Origin: Nostoc sp. DedSLP01
GTDB taxonomy: Bacteria > Cyanobacteriota > Cyanobacteriia > Cyanobacteriales > Nostocaceae
Direction: 5' to 3'
Assembly: GCA_034530875.2 (NCBI GenBank)
Contig: JAVRCJ020000027.1
Span: 1-64,000 of the forward strand
DNA: 64,000 nucleotides
Shown here in pieces: positions 9,933 through 20,468 of the stretch. Both the position numbers and the translations under genes were made by a program. The number at the start of each line of letters is the position of its first letter. The stretch's first letter is position 1. The notes under the pieces are model-generated. The model saw only the letters and a list, made by a program, of their open reading frames with translations. It had not been told where the DNA came from and searched no databases.

Positions 9933-11120
9933 ATGAATCAAAGCGTCAGTGTTGCTCCCAAGCTAGAAGAACACACTCATGAAAATCTTGCTGTTAGCAA
10001 AGAACAGTTATTTGTAAAACAAACAGTTGTCCTTGCCTTAGAAGTACTTCTAGCATTGCCTGTGGGCATACTCCTAGCAAGGTTGCACATTGGTGGAATT
10101 GCTTGGATATTTGCTGGAATTACAGCTGGTACAACGGTTCTGCAAGGGTGTAGAGTGTTTTATGAATATTCTCCCAAACCTAACCGCACTGCCAGAAAAG
10201 TCGGAATGGCACTTGTAGGCTTAACTGTCGGCGCTTCTAATGCTCACGCTAATTTAGCTCATGTTGCTTCTGGTATTCCCATCTTTATTTTTCTGACCTT
10301 ATTTTTGCTGCTGAGTGGCAGTTGCATTGGTTATATTTACTCGCGCATCAGCAAAACTAACCTATTGACAGCAATGCTGGCTACAGTTCCAGGCGGTGTG
10401 GGAATTATGGCAGCGATCGCAGCTGATTACAATAAAGATGTTTCCTTAGTTGCTTTAGTTCAAGCGATTCGCGTTACCTCAGTAGTTTTTCTATTTCCCT
10501 TCATCGCTAGAACCTTAGTTGGTAGTTCCTGGAATCTGCAAACACTACCCGTCAAAAGTGCTTTACTCAATTTTGAGCCATCTCAACTCGGATTACTCTT
10601 ATTACTACTTTTAATTACTGCATTAGTAATTTATCCAGCTATATTGTTCAAAATTCCCGCCGGCGATTTTTTTGGTGCATTGTTGATTGGTATGAGCTTT
10701 AATCCTTTATTAAATTCCCTACCTTTTGCAAGCGATATTAGCTTTAGTCCGCCACCTTTAATTAACTTAGTCGGTCAAATGCTGTTGGGAATAACTATTG
10801 GTGAGTATTGGGGAGACAAACCCAACTTTACTAAGCGGACTGTCGGCTATGCTTTGATGTCTGTGACAATGACTCTGGTAACTGGAGCGATCGCTGGTAT
10901 ACTTGCCATGCAGCTAACCTCTTGGGACTGGTTAACCTGTCTTTTAGTCACAGCACCAGGAGGCTCAGCAGAAATGATCCTAGTTTCCCTGACATTAAAT
11001 CATAATGTTGAAATCGTTACAACTGGTCATCTAGTGCGACTCATTGCAATTAATAGTTCTCTACCTCTTTGGATCTTTTTGTTTCGCTTTCTCGATAAGC
11101 AACTTTCAAAAGTAGCTTAG
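9933..11120 (+). CDS. AbrB family membrane protein (AidB-regulator / putative ammonia monooxygenase-like family)
   Basis: About 10 TM segments, duplicated PGG motifs (ATVPGGVG, TAPGGSAEM). Confidence 0.85.
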   Translation: MNQSVSVAPKLEEHTHENLAVSKEQLFVKQTVVLALEVLLALPVGILLARLHIGGIAWIFAGITAGTTVLQGCRVFYEYSPKPNRTARKVGMALVGLTVGASNAHANLAHVASGIPIFIFLTLFLLLSGSCIGYIYSRISKTNLLTAMLATVPGGVGIMAAIAADYNKDVSLVALVQAIRVTSVVFLFPFIARTLVGSSWNLQTLPVKSALLNFEPSQLGLLLLLLLITALVIYPAILFKIPAGDFFGALLIGMSFNPLLNSLPFASDISFSPPPLINLVGQMLLGITIGEYWGDKPNFTKRTVGYALMSVTMTLVTGAIAGILAMQLTSWDWLTCLLVTAPGGSAEMILVSLTLNHNVEIVTTGHLVRLIAINSSLPLWIFLFRFLDKQLSKVA

Positions 11121-11303
11121 AGATTGTTTTAAAAGTGGTTGGCTGTGATTTTAGTCTAATTTTTACCCCCCTTAATCCCCATTCAAGTATTGAACATGGG
11201 TATGGGGCAAAAGAGTAGCTTTAATGTTGTAATGTGAACGCTGTGAAAATGTGAGATGGTGTTATTTCTTCTGCAATAACACACCCTATTAAACTTATTA
11301 AAG

Positions 11304-11534
11304 GAGTTCAAAGACTCATTAATCGAGTTCAAAGGCTCATTAATGGAGTTCAAAGCCTCATTAACGAGTATCAAAGCCTCATTAATGGAGTTCAAATACT
11401 CATTAACGGAGTTCAAAGCCTCATTAATGGAGTTCAAATACTCATTAACGGAGTCCAAATACTCATTAATGGAGTTCAAATACTCATTAATGGAGTTCAA
11501 AGCCTCATTAACGAGTATCAAAGCCTCATTAATG
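11304..11534. repeat. 21-bp minisatellite, 11 units, consensus GAGTTCAAAGCCTCATTAATG
   Basis: Contiguous 21-bp units counted by eye, no spacers. Confidence 0.95.
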
Positions 11535-11644
11535 GGGTTTAAAAAGCTACAAATTCAATCTGGAACTCCAAATGAAATTTGACTTTCTCAATTTTGGCTT
11601 TTAACTTTTAAATTTTGAATTGATAATCGTTCAATTACCAAAAA

Positions 11645-12304
11645 ATGGAAACAACAGCAAACCCAAGAGTCAAAATTTGCTGTATCAGCAGCATAGAAGA
11701 AGCATGGATAGCCATCCGTTGTGGTGCATCTGCCCTTGGTTTAGTTTCTCACATGCCCAGTGGCCCTGGTGTCATCTCTGAAGAACTAATCGCCAAAATA
11801 GCTGCTTGCGTACCACCCCCAATTGCGACTTTTTTACTGACTTCCAGCCAAGATGCTTACGAAATTATTCAGCAGTTGAGGCGCTGTAAAACAAATACCG
11901 TACAAATTTGCGATCGCTTAGAATCAGGAAGCTATCAAGATATCCGAGATGCATTACCTGGAATTTCCATTGTCCAAGTAATTCATGTTACTACAGAAGC
12001 ATCTTTAGACGAAGCAATCAACGTAGCACCCTACGTAGATGCAATTCTACTAGACTCCGGTAATCAATCATTGCTAATCAAAGAGTTAGGCGGTACAGGA
12101 CGCCTACATGACTGGAACTTAAGCGCCAAAATCCGCGAACAGGTAAACGTCCCAATCTTCTTAGCTGGAGGTATCAAACCTGAGAATGTCGCCCTTGCAG
12201 TTGAGCAAGTTGCCCCTTTCGGACTAGATTTGTGTAGCGCCGTTCGCACCAATGGCAAATTAGATGAGAATAAGCTCAACTTGTTTTTTCAACAATTGAA
12301 GTAG
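11645..12304 (+). CDS. trpF: Phosphoribosylanthranilate isomerase (variant family)
   Basis: VKICCI, ILLDS, GGTG..HDW, LAGGI.PENV, GLDLCS. Confidence 0.8.
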   Translation: METTANPRVKICCISSIEEAWIAIRCGASALGLVSHMPSGPGVISEELIAKIAACVPPPIATFLLTSSQDAYEIIQQLRRCKTNTVQICDRLESGSYQDIRDALPGISIVQVIHVTTEASLDEAINVAPYVDAILLDSGNQSLLIKELGGTGRLHDWNLSAKIREQVNVPIFLAGGIKPENVALAVEQVAPFGLDLCSAVRTNGKLDENKLNLFFQQLK

Positions 12305-12317
12305 GGACTGGGGAGAA

Positions 12318-12442
12318 GGGGAGATGGGGAGTGTGGGGAGTGTGGGGAGTGTGGGGAGTGTGGGGGGAAAGATTTCTTCCCCATCCTCCCACACCTCCCA
12401 CACTTCTCAATGCCCAATGACTAATGACTAATGACTAATGAC
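12318..12442. repeat. STRR-type short tandem repeats (GGGGAGTGT array, its complement, AATGACT array)
   Basis: Directly visible tandem 9-mers and 7-mers. Confidence 0.85.
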
Positions 12443-12464
12443 TATATAACTAAGGATGTTTTAA

Positions 12465-13280
12465 ATGGTTGCCCAAATCAAAGAACTTGAAGCACAGCAC
12501 TGGGTTAAAACTCGTTCTTCTCTTGACCCGAGTGAATCCACTTTCCTAATCTGGAAAGGTAAAATCTACGCTTTGATTCCCGGTGAGAAAAGACAACTTT
12601 TGTTTAAAATATTTGGATTGAGTGTTAGCAGATGTGTTCCCACAGAACAAGGTAGCTGGGATTTTACTTCTAGGGAACTGACTTATTACCTGAACCCACA
12701 AACAGAGGAAGTCTTGAGCAAATGGGAAAATCCTTGGACAGGGGAGACAGTTCCGGTTATCCACGTTGCGAATAATCCCGTGCAGGGTATATTCAAGGGA
12801 AATTTTCCGGCACAAGTAGATGGAGACAGCACTACTTTCATTTTTGATATATTCCCCTATTACCCCAATCCCTTAGCAGAAGATCCTAAATTTGCCGAAT
12901 ACAGCCCACATTCAATTTATCAGGCAGCAGAATTATTTAAATTAACCGTGCCAACGGCAGATTTATTCAATCCAGCACTCAATTCAGTTTCTGAACTGAA
13001 ACTGAGTTGGGATAGAATTGGTCAATGGCTGCCTTGGATGAAAATGGGCGATCGCCCCGGTCAACTTATCTACAGTGCATTTGGCAGCAAAGTCAATGGT
13101 GTAAGTGACCTCCCGCCATTCCTCCAAGACGAAATTAATAACCGTATTCCTTTATATAAACAAGCGCCAAAAGGTTTTATTGAGGGCGAAGATATGACCT
13201 CTTGGTTATATTTCCAAAAACACTTTCAAGCTTACTTAGCCGGTGAAATCTTCCCACTTCCCCAAGCAGAAGAATTATAA
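12465..13280 (+). CDS. DUF1838-like protein
   Basis: W.G.IYA..PGE, W.NPWTGETV.V.H..N.PV, W.R...WLPWMKMG. Confidence 0.7.
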   Translation: MVAQIKELEAQHWVKTRSSLDPSESTFLIWKGKIYALIPGEKRQLLFKIFGLSVSRCVPTEQGSWDFTSRELTYYLNPQTEEVLSKWENPWTGETVPVIHVANNPVQGIFKGNFPAQVDGDSTTFIFDIFPYYPNPLAEDPKFAEYSPHSIYQAAELFKLTVPTADLFNPALNSVSELKLSWDRIGQWLPWMKMGDRPGQLIYSAFGSKVNGVSDLPPFLQDEINNRIPLYKQAPKGFIEGEDMTSWLYFQKHFQAYLAGEIFPLPQAEEL

Positions 13281-13391
13281 AATCAAGTCGCAATTCGCAA
13301 TGGGCTACGCCCCGCTGCGCTAACGCGAGTCGCAATTAATTTGCAAAGCTATTGCTTGTTCATCGTTCCCTCTCTTGCCCAGAGATAGCTT

Positions 13392-13934
13392 ATGTTAATC
13401 CGAGAAGCCAACTTAGCCGATGCACCTGGAATCGCTAAAGTGCATGTCGATGCTTGGCAAACAACTTACAGGGACTTAATGCCAGCAAAGTTTCTCGCAG
13501 ATTTATCATATAAGGCAAGAGAGAAAATGTGGATAAAAATTTTCAGCAACATAGCTGAGTTGAATTTTACATATATTGCTGAAAATGAAATTGGGCAAAT
13601 TGTTGCTTTTGCCAGTGGAGGACGAGAAAGGACAGGCGATCGCCTTTATCAAGGAGAGTTGTACGCTATCTATATTCTGGAGAACTATCAACGCCAAGGT
13701 TTAGGACATCGCCTGATTTCTACTGTCGCCAAAAGGCTACTCCAGTCAGATATTAGTTCGATGTTAGTGTGGGTTTTAGCTGATAACCCCGCCTGCCAGT
13801 TTTATCAAAGCCTTGGCGGCCAGCAGGTGAAGCAAAAGCAAGTCGAGATTGGCACAGTGCAGTTGATTGAGGTTGCTTACGGTTGGGTTGATTTAGAGTT
13901 GGGGATCGCTAACCTATTCCAGTCTAAAATTTGA
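13392..13934 (+). CDS. GNAT acetyltransferase
   Basis: ELYAIYI...YQRQGLG motif A, N..A..FY..LG. Confidence 0.9.
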   Translation: MLIREANLADAPGIAKVHVDAWQTTYRDLMPAKFLADLSYKAREKMWIKIFSNIAELNFTYIAENEIGQIVAFASGGRERTGDRLYQGELYAIYILENYQRQGLGHRLISTVAKRLLQSDISSMLVWVLADNPACQFYQSLGGQQVKQKQVEIGTVQLIEVAYGWVDLELGIANLFQSKI

Positions 13935-13977
13935 TAAAACTCACGTTAATTTAGCTCTGTGTCAAGAACAAAAATAC

Positions 13978-14011
13978 AAAAAGCGTCCTTCTTTTGGAAG
14001 GACGCTTTTTT
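13978..14011. terminator. Bidirectional intrinsic terminator
   Basis: AAAAAGCGTCCTTC-loop-GAAGGACGCTTTTT between convergent genes. Confidence 0.85.
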
Positions 14012-14024
14012 ATTCAAACAAAAT

Positions 14025-15008
14025 TCATTCAAATTTCGCCTCTTGACCCGAACAATCAAATAGATGTAAACCCAAACGTTGAGAAAGTTCTTCACATACT
14101 TTTACCCCGCGCACGCTATTACCGCGCGCATCCAATGGCGGCGAAAACACGCCAATGCCCATCTTATTGGGTACAACGGCGATAATCCCCCCACAAATTC
14201 CGCTTTTTGCCGGAATACCAACTTTGTAAGCCCACTCGCCTGCAAAGTTGTACATTCCACAGGTGTACATCACACTCAGAATATCTTTGATGTAACCCTT
14301 ATCTACCGCCCGTTCTTTGGTGATGGGGTTGATACCTTTGTTAGCCAGGGTAGCAGCCATCACTGCTAAGTCTTGGCAATTCACCAGCACAGCACATTGC
14401 TGAAAATAAAGATCCAAGGCTTGTTCAATGTTTTGGTCAATCATGCCAAAGTTGAGCATTAGGTGCGCCATTGCGCGGTTGCGATGTCCGGTGCTGCGTT
14501 CTGAGGTAAAAACTGACATGTCAACGAACACATCGCGGCCAATATATTGGCGGAACATTCCTAGCATCCGGTTGAGGCGTTCGGTGGGGTCAGATCCTTT
14601 GATTAAGCTTGTAGTGGCGATCGCTCCAGCATTTACCATTGGGTTGTAAGGTCGCTTCGATTGCTCATCTAAAATAATCGCGTTGAATGCATCTCCCGTC
14701 GGTTCTACGCCAACTCTCGTCAACATGTAATCCCGTCCGCGATCTTCTAAAGCAAGTCCGTAAGCAAATACCTTGGAAATTGACTGAATGGTAAAGAACT
14801 GCTCCGAGTCCCCTACTTTATATACTTGACCATCTACGGTGACAATACAAATGCTAAACAAGTCCGGGTTTACCTTTGCCAGTTCCGGAATGTACTTCGC
14901 TACTGCACCCTCACTCAATGACTTGTACTGGGAATACAAGTCGTTGACAACAGTTAATAATAAGGACGAGTCTATTTCTAAATCTCCTTGATTTGCTTGA
15001 TTTTCTAT
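14025..15008 (-). CDS. glsA: Glutaminase A
   Basis: [14 protein letters not shown] (SxxK), [14 protein letters not shown]; frame open upstream to ATA at 15008, start uncertain. Confidence 0.95.
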   Translation of the reverse strand: MENQANQGDLEIDSSLLLTVVNDLYSQYKSLSEGAVAKYIPELAKVNPDLFSICIVTVDGQVYKVGDSEQFFTIQSISKVFAYGLALEDRGRDYMLTRVGVEPTGDAFNAIILDEQSKRPYNPMVNAGAIATTSLIKGSDPTERLNRMLGMFRQYIGRDVFVDMSVFTSERSTGHRNRAMAHLMLNFGMIDQNIEQALDLYFQQCAVLVNCQDLAVMAATLANKGINPITKERAVDKGYIKDILSVMYTCGMYNFAGEWAYKVGIPAKSGICGGIIAVVPNKMGIGVFSPPLDARGNSVRGVKVCEELSQRLGLHLFDCSGQEAKFE

Positions 15009-15170
15009 GATGCCAATCGCATTTTACGAAAAACTTGTTACAGATATAGCAATTCGACCGGATTACGTGAAAAAATAACGTATATCTGAAGGCAGAGGCA
15101 ATTATTTTTTCCTACTACCCATTGCTTATACCCTATTCTAGAGCCACTACTGAGACCTCGAAAAGCCAAT

Positions 15171-15186
15171 TGTAATTTTTGCTACA
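15171..15186. promoter_or_regulatory. Putative NtcA-binding site upstream of glsA
   Basis: TGTA-ATTTTTGC-TACA is a perfect GTA-N8-TAC with flanking T/A. Confidence 0.55.
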
Positions 15187-15956
15187 GCAAAAAAATAATC
15201 TAGAAGCGATCGCCAAGTTTTTCTAATTTTTTTTATCGCGATCGCTAAAAAGGTTCGCTTGCGTATTATTCTTTTTTTTATACACAGTAATACGGTTACG
15301 GCAAGTTATATAAATCACTAAGTTTAACCTAGTTAGAGATAATACAAGTTATGGTTAATTTCGTTAGAGAAAACTTCAAAAAAAGATAGTAAACTTTAAC
15401 TTATTGGCACAGCTATTTTACAGCTAACTCATACAATAACTTATTCGCAGAAAATCTAAAGATTTAATTAAATAAAAAATTTTGAGTATTTATGCCGTTG
15501 TATTTTCATGAGATTTATATAGCTTTTTCTAAGTAAAGGCAAAAAATAAAAGTTATCTATAATACACATTTAATGATGAGCCTTTGAAACCGATGCAAGC
15601 AAAGTCTTATGAATTTGGCATACAAAAAATGTAAAGTTTTGTTAAGAAAGTTTTGGCTTACCGAAAAAAACGTTACACAGCCAAAATCCGCATTTGAGCA
15701 AGGTTTCGCCCTGAAAATCACAATTTGATTTTGATAAATTTGTCAATAATTACGGTAAAACCCTGATCCCCAAGCCAAAAGGTTCGTGCTAGTCTGTTGC
15801 AGTTACAAATAAAAAGTGAAAACGGAACGAGTTCGAGTTTTTAGGATAGGGAATTTACTATTCACTAGTTAAAATCCCGCGAGTTAAAAGACTTAAGTTC
15901 TCTGAGGTTCTACCTTAAGTTCTCTTAAGTTCTACAGTCGCTTTAAAATTGGACGC

Positions 15957-17099
15957 ATGAATCAAAGACATTTGTGGACTATTGTTGCTCTGTCTCTAAC
16001 TGTTTTGGGGATCCCTACAGTTGGCTGTACTCAAACTACCAACGGAAATGCGCTAGCTTCCGAAAAACCACTTACTTCTAAAAATGTGCTGGCTGCTGAA
16101 AAATCGCCGACTCCGGAAGTGGTGAAAGTGGGAGAGTACCAAACAGGAGCAGGGAAACAAACCTTGGATGCTGTGATTACAGAAATTCATCCTTACAACA
16201 TTGGAGGACGTAAGGCGGCAACCCTTTATATTAAAAATATTCCCGTTCTCACCTTTTTGAGTTCTGTATCAAATACGAGTGTTGAGACTAAAAAAGTTGG
16301 AGCAATAAACGAAACCAGGGGCGTACAATCATACGCCCTTATTGCTAGCAACTCACCAAACGGGGCGAGTATTGGAAATGTAACCAGTGCAGATAATCAG
16401 ATTAATTCTGTTGACGATCCCGTTGAGATAGCTGGTGTAATAGCAGCCAAGATCAACCAGTTGAATCGGGAAAATGTAGACGCGAGTCAGATTACCGTAA
16501 GTTGGAAAGCAGCAGGCGAATCTAAAGTTGCAAATCAAGCTCAAAGCAAGAGCTTGCCTGCACAAGGAGAATCTGGCGATCGCTATACAATCAAAGTTAA
16601 CGGCCAAGAATTAGTAGAAATCAACGAAAGTACCCGGCTAGCAGATAGCACTAAAAATCTGGCGCAAGATGCATTGCAAGCAACAAATCGCTTGCGGAGA
16701 CTACTAGGCAATGCATCACCCTTAAGCGAGATTGCGAATATGCCAGTCCGTCAGCCAATAGCGCTGCCTAAGCTACCCCAACAGGTTGCCGTCGGAGTAG
16801 TCCGAGCTACCTTCAGAGGCATAGCTTCTTTTTATGGCTATGACGGTTCAGGTACTCATACTGCTAGCGGTCAGAGATTCAATCCAGAAGCAATGACCGC
16901 CGCCCATCGCAGCCTCCCCTTTGGTACCCAAGTCCGTGTTACCAACACCCGCAATGGTCGTTCTGTCGTGGTGCGAATTAACGACAGAGGCCCATTCATT
17001 CGCGGTCGAATCCTTGACTTGTCTTATGGCGCAGCTCGGGTTTTAGGAATGATGGGTAGTGGCGTTGCACCAGTCCATATCGAAGTCTTGGGCAAATAA
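15957..17099 (+). CDS. rlpA: Septal ring lytic transglycosylase RlpA family protein
   Basis: GIASFYG..TASG..TAAHRSLPFGT.VRV..VVVRINDRGPF..R.LDLS domain. Confidence 0.92.
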   Translation: MNQRHLWTIVALSLTVLGIPTVGCTQTTNGNALASEKPLTSKNVLAAEKSPTPEVVKVGEYQTGAGKQTLDAVITEIHPYNIGGRKAATLYIKNIPVLTFLSSVSNTSVETKKVGAINETRGVQSYALIASNSPNGASIGNVTSADNQINSVDDPVEIAGVIAAKINQLNRENVDASQITVSWKAAGESKVANQAQSKSLPAQGESGDRYTIKVNGQELVEINESTRLADSTKNLAQDALQATNRLRRLLGNASPLSEIANMPVRQPIALPKLPQQVAVGVVRATFRGIASFYGYDGSGTHTASGQRFNPEAMTAAHRSLPFGTQVRVTNTRNGRSVVVRINDRGPFIRGRILDLSYGAARVLGMMGSGVAPVHIEVLGK

Positions 17100-17102
17100 G
17101 AA

Positions 17103-17238
17103 AGCAGAGGGAGCAGAGGAGCAGAGGAAGCAGGGGAGGCAGGGGAAAAGGTGAAAGGGAAAAGGGAAAAGGAATAAATTTAATCTTTCCCCTTTCCCCC
17201 TTACCCCAATCCCAATACCCCATTCCCATGCCCCATAC
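17103..17238. repeat. STRR-type repeats forming purine/pyrimidine inverted blocks
   Basis: GCAGAGG(A), GGGAAAA, TTTCCCC, CCCCAAT units. Confidence 0.75.
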
Positions 17239-17327
17239 CAACTACATCAATTCCTCTAGTTCAACCATCTCCTCCTATTTCAGATATAAACTAACGGGGG
17301 AGGGATGAGAGAACTAGGGGTATTTTT

Positions 17328-18935
17328 GTGCGCCTGCTGACAACAGTTGCAGCTTTACGCTGCTATTTAACTAAACGCTGCTTGGAAAACAAGCTGATTG
17401 CGGTTCCAGAAAATCTGCCACTAGATGAGATACATAACTGGCAGCAAACGGCAGTCGGTCTTGTGCCGACAATGGGGAATTTGCATCAAGGGCATTTAAG
17501 CTTGATTCAAAGGGCCCGGCAAGAAAATTCCACTGTGATTGTTAGTATTTTCGTCAATCCTTTGCAATTTGGGCCCAATGAGGATTATCAACGTTATCCT
17601 CGCACTTTAGAGCAAGACCGACAACTTTGCGAACAAGCTGGAGTAGATGCAATTTTTGCGCCGACTCCGGAAGAGATGACGGGAGAGCAGAAAAGTATAC
17701 AAGAATCAAACGTTACACAAGTTATCCCCCCATCTGCTATGATATCTGGCTTGTGTGGTCGTTCTCGGCTGGGTCACTTTCAGGGTGTCGCAACGATTGT
17801 GACCAAGCTTTTCAACTTGGTACAGCCTGACCGAGCCTATTTCGGTCAAAAAGACGGTCAGCAACTGGCAATTATTAAGCGGTTAGTAGCTGATTTAAAT
17901 TTGCCAGTAGAAATTGTTGCTTGTCCAACAGTACGGGAAGCATCGGGTCTTGCCTTGAGTTCTCGTAATCAGTATTTGACTGCAACAGAAAAAGAGCAAG
18001 CAGCGGTGCTGTATCGCGGCTTGCAAAAAGCTGAGGCTGCGTTTCGGGCTGGCGTGCGCGATCGCAGCAAGTTGATAGCAATAGTACAGCAAGAACTGAC
18101 AATGGTCAGCACGCTTTTATTGGAATATATTGAATTGGTTGAACCGACTACGTTGATGTCTTTAGAACAAGTTCAGGAGGAAGGAATGTTGGCGATCGCA
18201 GCTCGTCTGGGTTCTACACGTTTGATTGATAATATTATTTTGCGCGATCGTCAACCCATCATCGCCATTGATGGGCCAGCGGGTGCTGGAAAATCCACAG
18301 TGGCGCGTCAAGTGGCAGCATCTCTAAATTTAGTGTATTTAGATACCGGAGCCATGTACCGGGCTGTAACTTGGTTAGTACTGGAAAAGGGTATTGCGAT
18401 TGATGATGAGTGTGCGATCGCCGAATTAGCTAACCAGTGTCAAATTGAACTGACTCCCACCCAGGATTTACAATTTCCCGTGCGAGTTAGCATTAACAAT
18501 ACTGATGTTACCCAGGCGATTCGTACCATTGAGGTGACATCTAAAGTATCGGCGATCGCGGCACAAAGCGCTGTACGTCAAGCACTGGTTAAACAACAGC
18601 AAAGCTGGGGTAAAAAAGGTGGTTTAGTAGCCGAAGGTCGGGACATTGGTACGCATGTGTTCCCCGATGCCGAAGTGAAAATCTTTTTAACGGCTTCTGT
18701 GAGCGAACGCGCTCGTCGCCGCCAGCAGGACTTTAGCAAACAAGGTCACCCCGAAGTCAGTTTAGAACAGCTAGAACGCGACATTGCCGAACGCGACACT
18801 AAAGATAGTACGCGTAAAATTTCGCCATTACAAAAAGCTCCAGATGCGATCGAACTGCAAACAGATGGTTTAGACGTGTCTGAAGTCACGGCACAAATTG
18901 TTAACTACTACCAGCAACGTTTATCTGAGTGGTAG
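17328..18935 (+). CDS. panC/cmk: Bifunctional pantoate-beta-alanine ligase / cytidylate kinase
   Basis: VPTMGNLHQGH, FGQKD, LSSRN, then IAIDGPAGAGKST and EGRDIGT. Confidence 0.97.
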   Translation: MRLLTTVAALRCYLTKRCLENKLIAVPENLPLDEIHNWQQTAVGLVPTMGNLHQGHLSLIQRARQENSTVIVSIFVNPLQFGPNEDYQRYPRTLEQDRQLCEQAGVDAIFAPTPEEMTGEQKSIQESNVTQVIPPSAMISGLCGRSRLGHFQGVATIVTKLFNLVQPDRAYFGQKDGQQLAIIKRLVADLNLPVEIVACPTVREASGLALSSRNQYLTATEKEQAAVLYRGLQKAEAAFRAGVRDRSKLIAIVQQELTMVSTLLLEYIELVEPTTLMSLEQVQEEGMLAIAARLGSTRLIDNIILRDRQPIIAIDGPAGAGKSTVARQVAASLNLVYLDTGAMYRAVTWLVLEKGIAIDDECAIAELANQCQIELTPTQDLQFPVRVSINNTDVTQAIRTIEVTSKVSAIAAQSAVRQALVKQQQSWGKKGGLVAEGRDIGTHVFPDAEVKIFLTASVSERARRRQQDFSKQGHPEVSLEQLERDIAERDTKDSTRKISPLQKAPDAIELQTDGLDVSEVTAQIVNYYQQRLSEW

Positions 18936-19142
18936 CCATCGAACAGGACAAGGAGACAAGAGAACAACCATTTAATCAATCTCTGCTACTGTCACCTTGT
19001 CTGCCGCTTCTGTTATTTATATACTTCTGGTCACTAATAAAGAAAATACCTGTAGCGAATACTAGGCTATACATATCTTCAAGATGATTAGTTAGCAAAG
19101 ATGCGTTTGCCCAGTTCTATGCTGCCTGTCTAGTAATCAGGA

Positions 19143-19538
19143 TTATTGCCGAATTTGGCTTCTGACAAGGAGTTGTTCCACACTTCCGATAATGAGCAGT
19201 GGGGCGGCAGATGCTCTTGCTATAGCCTCCGTCGCCCAGTTGTGATTCACCAAGTCAGGGATCGCTATAAAAAGCGTCAATCCAATGATGAACAAAGATG
19301 AGAACTTGAAAAAATTTCGATCCCAAGCGGGTTTATCGCGCAGTCTCTCTTGCCTGCGTATAAAGCCTTGTCGCCAAAATGGAAAGGTACTGAGGACAGT
19401 GACAAGGTATAACAGTCCAGCATTAACTATCAGGACTGTTTTATAGTTTGGAGTGATGTCAGGATGCCCAAGTGCGATCGCACTTAGGCAAACTCCCGCT
19501 ACTAGATACAGTAAAGTAAACAGAGTAAAGTGTTTCAT
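19143..19538 (-). CDS. Hypothetical membrane protein (about 4 TM)
   Basis: Hydrophobic 131-aa ORF. Confidence 0.6.
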   Translation of the reverse strand: MKHFTLFTLLYLVAGVCLSAIALGHPDITPNYKTVLIVNAGLLYLVTVLSTFPFWRQGFIRRQERLRDKPAWDRNFFKFSSLFIIGLTLFIAIPDLVNHNWATEAIARASAAPLLIIGSVEQLLVRSQIRQ

Positions 19539-20016
19539 TAGTTTCTTTTTGTGCTTTGTAAGGAGGCAGACTCTAAGGCAAAGGCATCTAAATTAGACTT
19601 CTCATAACCAAGGTTAAGAATCAACGAAAAAATCACCATCAGCATTTACGTTTGATTTAATTTTCTAAGCCTCAAGGCAATCTCTAAAATCTTTTTCAAT
19701 AAGCAGAGATTAATGAGGTGCTTTTGGAGTTTATTGATAACTAAATAACCTTATTGATACGATCGGATGCCCTGTCCTTCCTCCCTGACTCTAGATTTCC
19801 TGTACCCAGAGACAGCGCCAAAATCCAGATAGATATTAGATAATTTTATTTTTTGATGATTTTAATTTTATGCAAATTTATTCAATAAAATAACTTATTT
19901 TAAGAATAAAATCATCCAGCTTTAGACTGATTATTGAGATAGCAACTCATCTAACTAAAGATAGAAGTTTTAAAGCTTTAATTGCTGTTTTTAATTACTT
20001 AATACCAATTGTCATA

Positions 20017-20226
20017 TTAAGACTCATATTTGATTTTTGCCAAGCTAGGTACACCTTTATCCCTTCTTAAGAGTCCCCAGTCCCTAATCTCTACAAGTAA
20101 TTCTCCGAATAAAATCGGATTGTTATAGCTATCCTGAATAATTCCCGAACAAAAAAGTCTGTGACTTATTAGAGAATTCGGAAATATAAGCCTTGCGATT
20201 GATGTGTTTCAAATCAGATTGCAATA
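20017..20226. mobile_element. Two abutting MITE-like elements sharing a TATA junction at 20124-20127
   Basis: GACTCATATTTGATT..AAATCGGATTGTTATA then TATAGCTATCC..AAATCAGATTGCAATA. Confidence 0.6.
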
Positions 20227-20468
20227 CTAGCTTTTAGCTATGAAATATTAGCCATTTTTATTTATAGTGATTATATACCAGCAATTTGGCTTATTTTACT
20301 TATTAGAGGAGTACTTTGTTTTTATCTTCACTTTGGTAGTAGAATGACGATGTTAAGTTTTATGTTTCATTATGAAAGACATAAAACTGTCAAAAATAAA
20401 AGCTGCTAATTTTCTAAGCTTCTGCAATAGCTTAAACCTGGAAACCGCTAAAGAGAGGATTTTATACA

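Noticed and set aside
11304..11534. CRISPR array
   Set aside because: Units are contiguous with no unique spacers, and no cas genes are in the window.
15287..15299. Second NtcA site
   Set aside because: GTA-N7-TAC has the wrong spacing.
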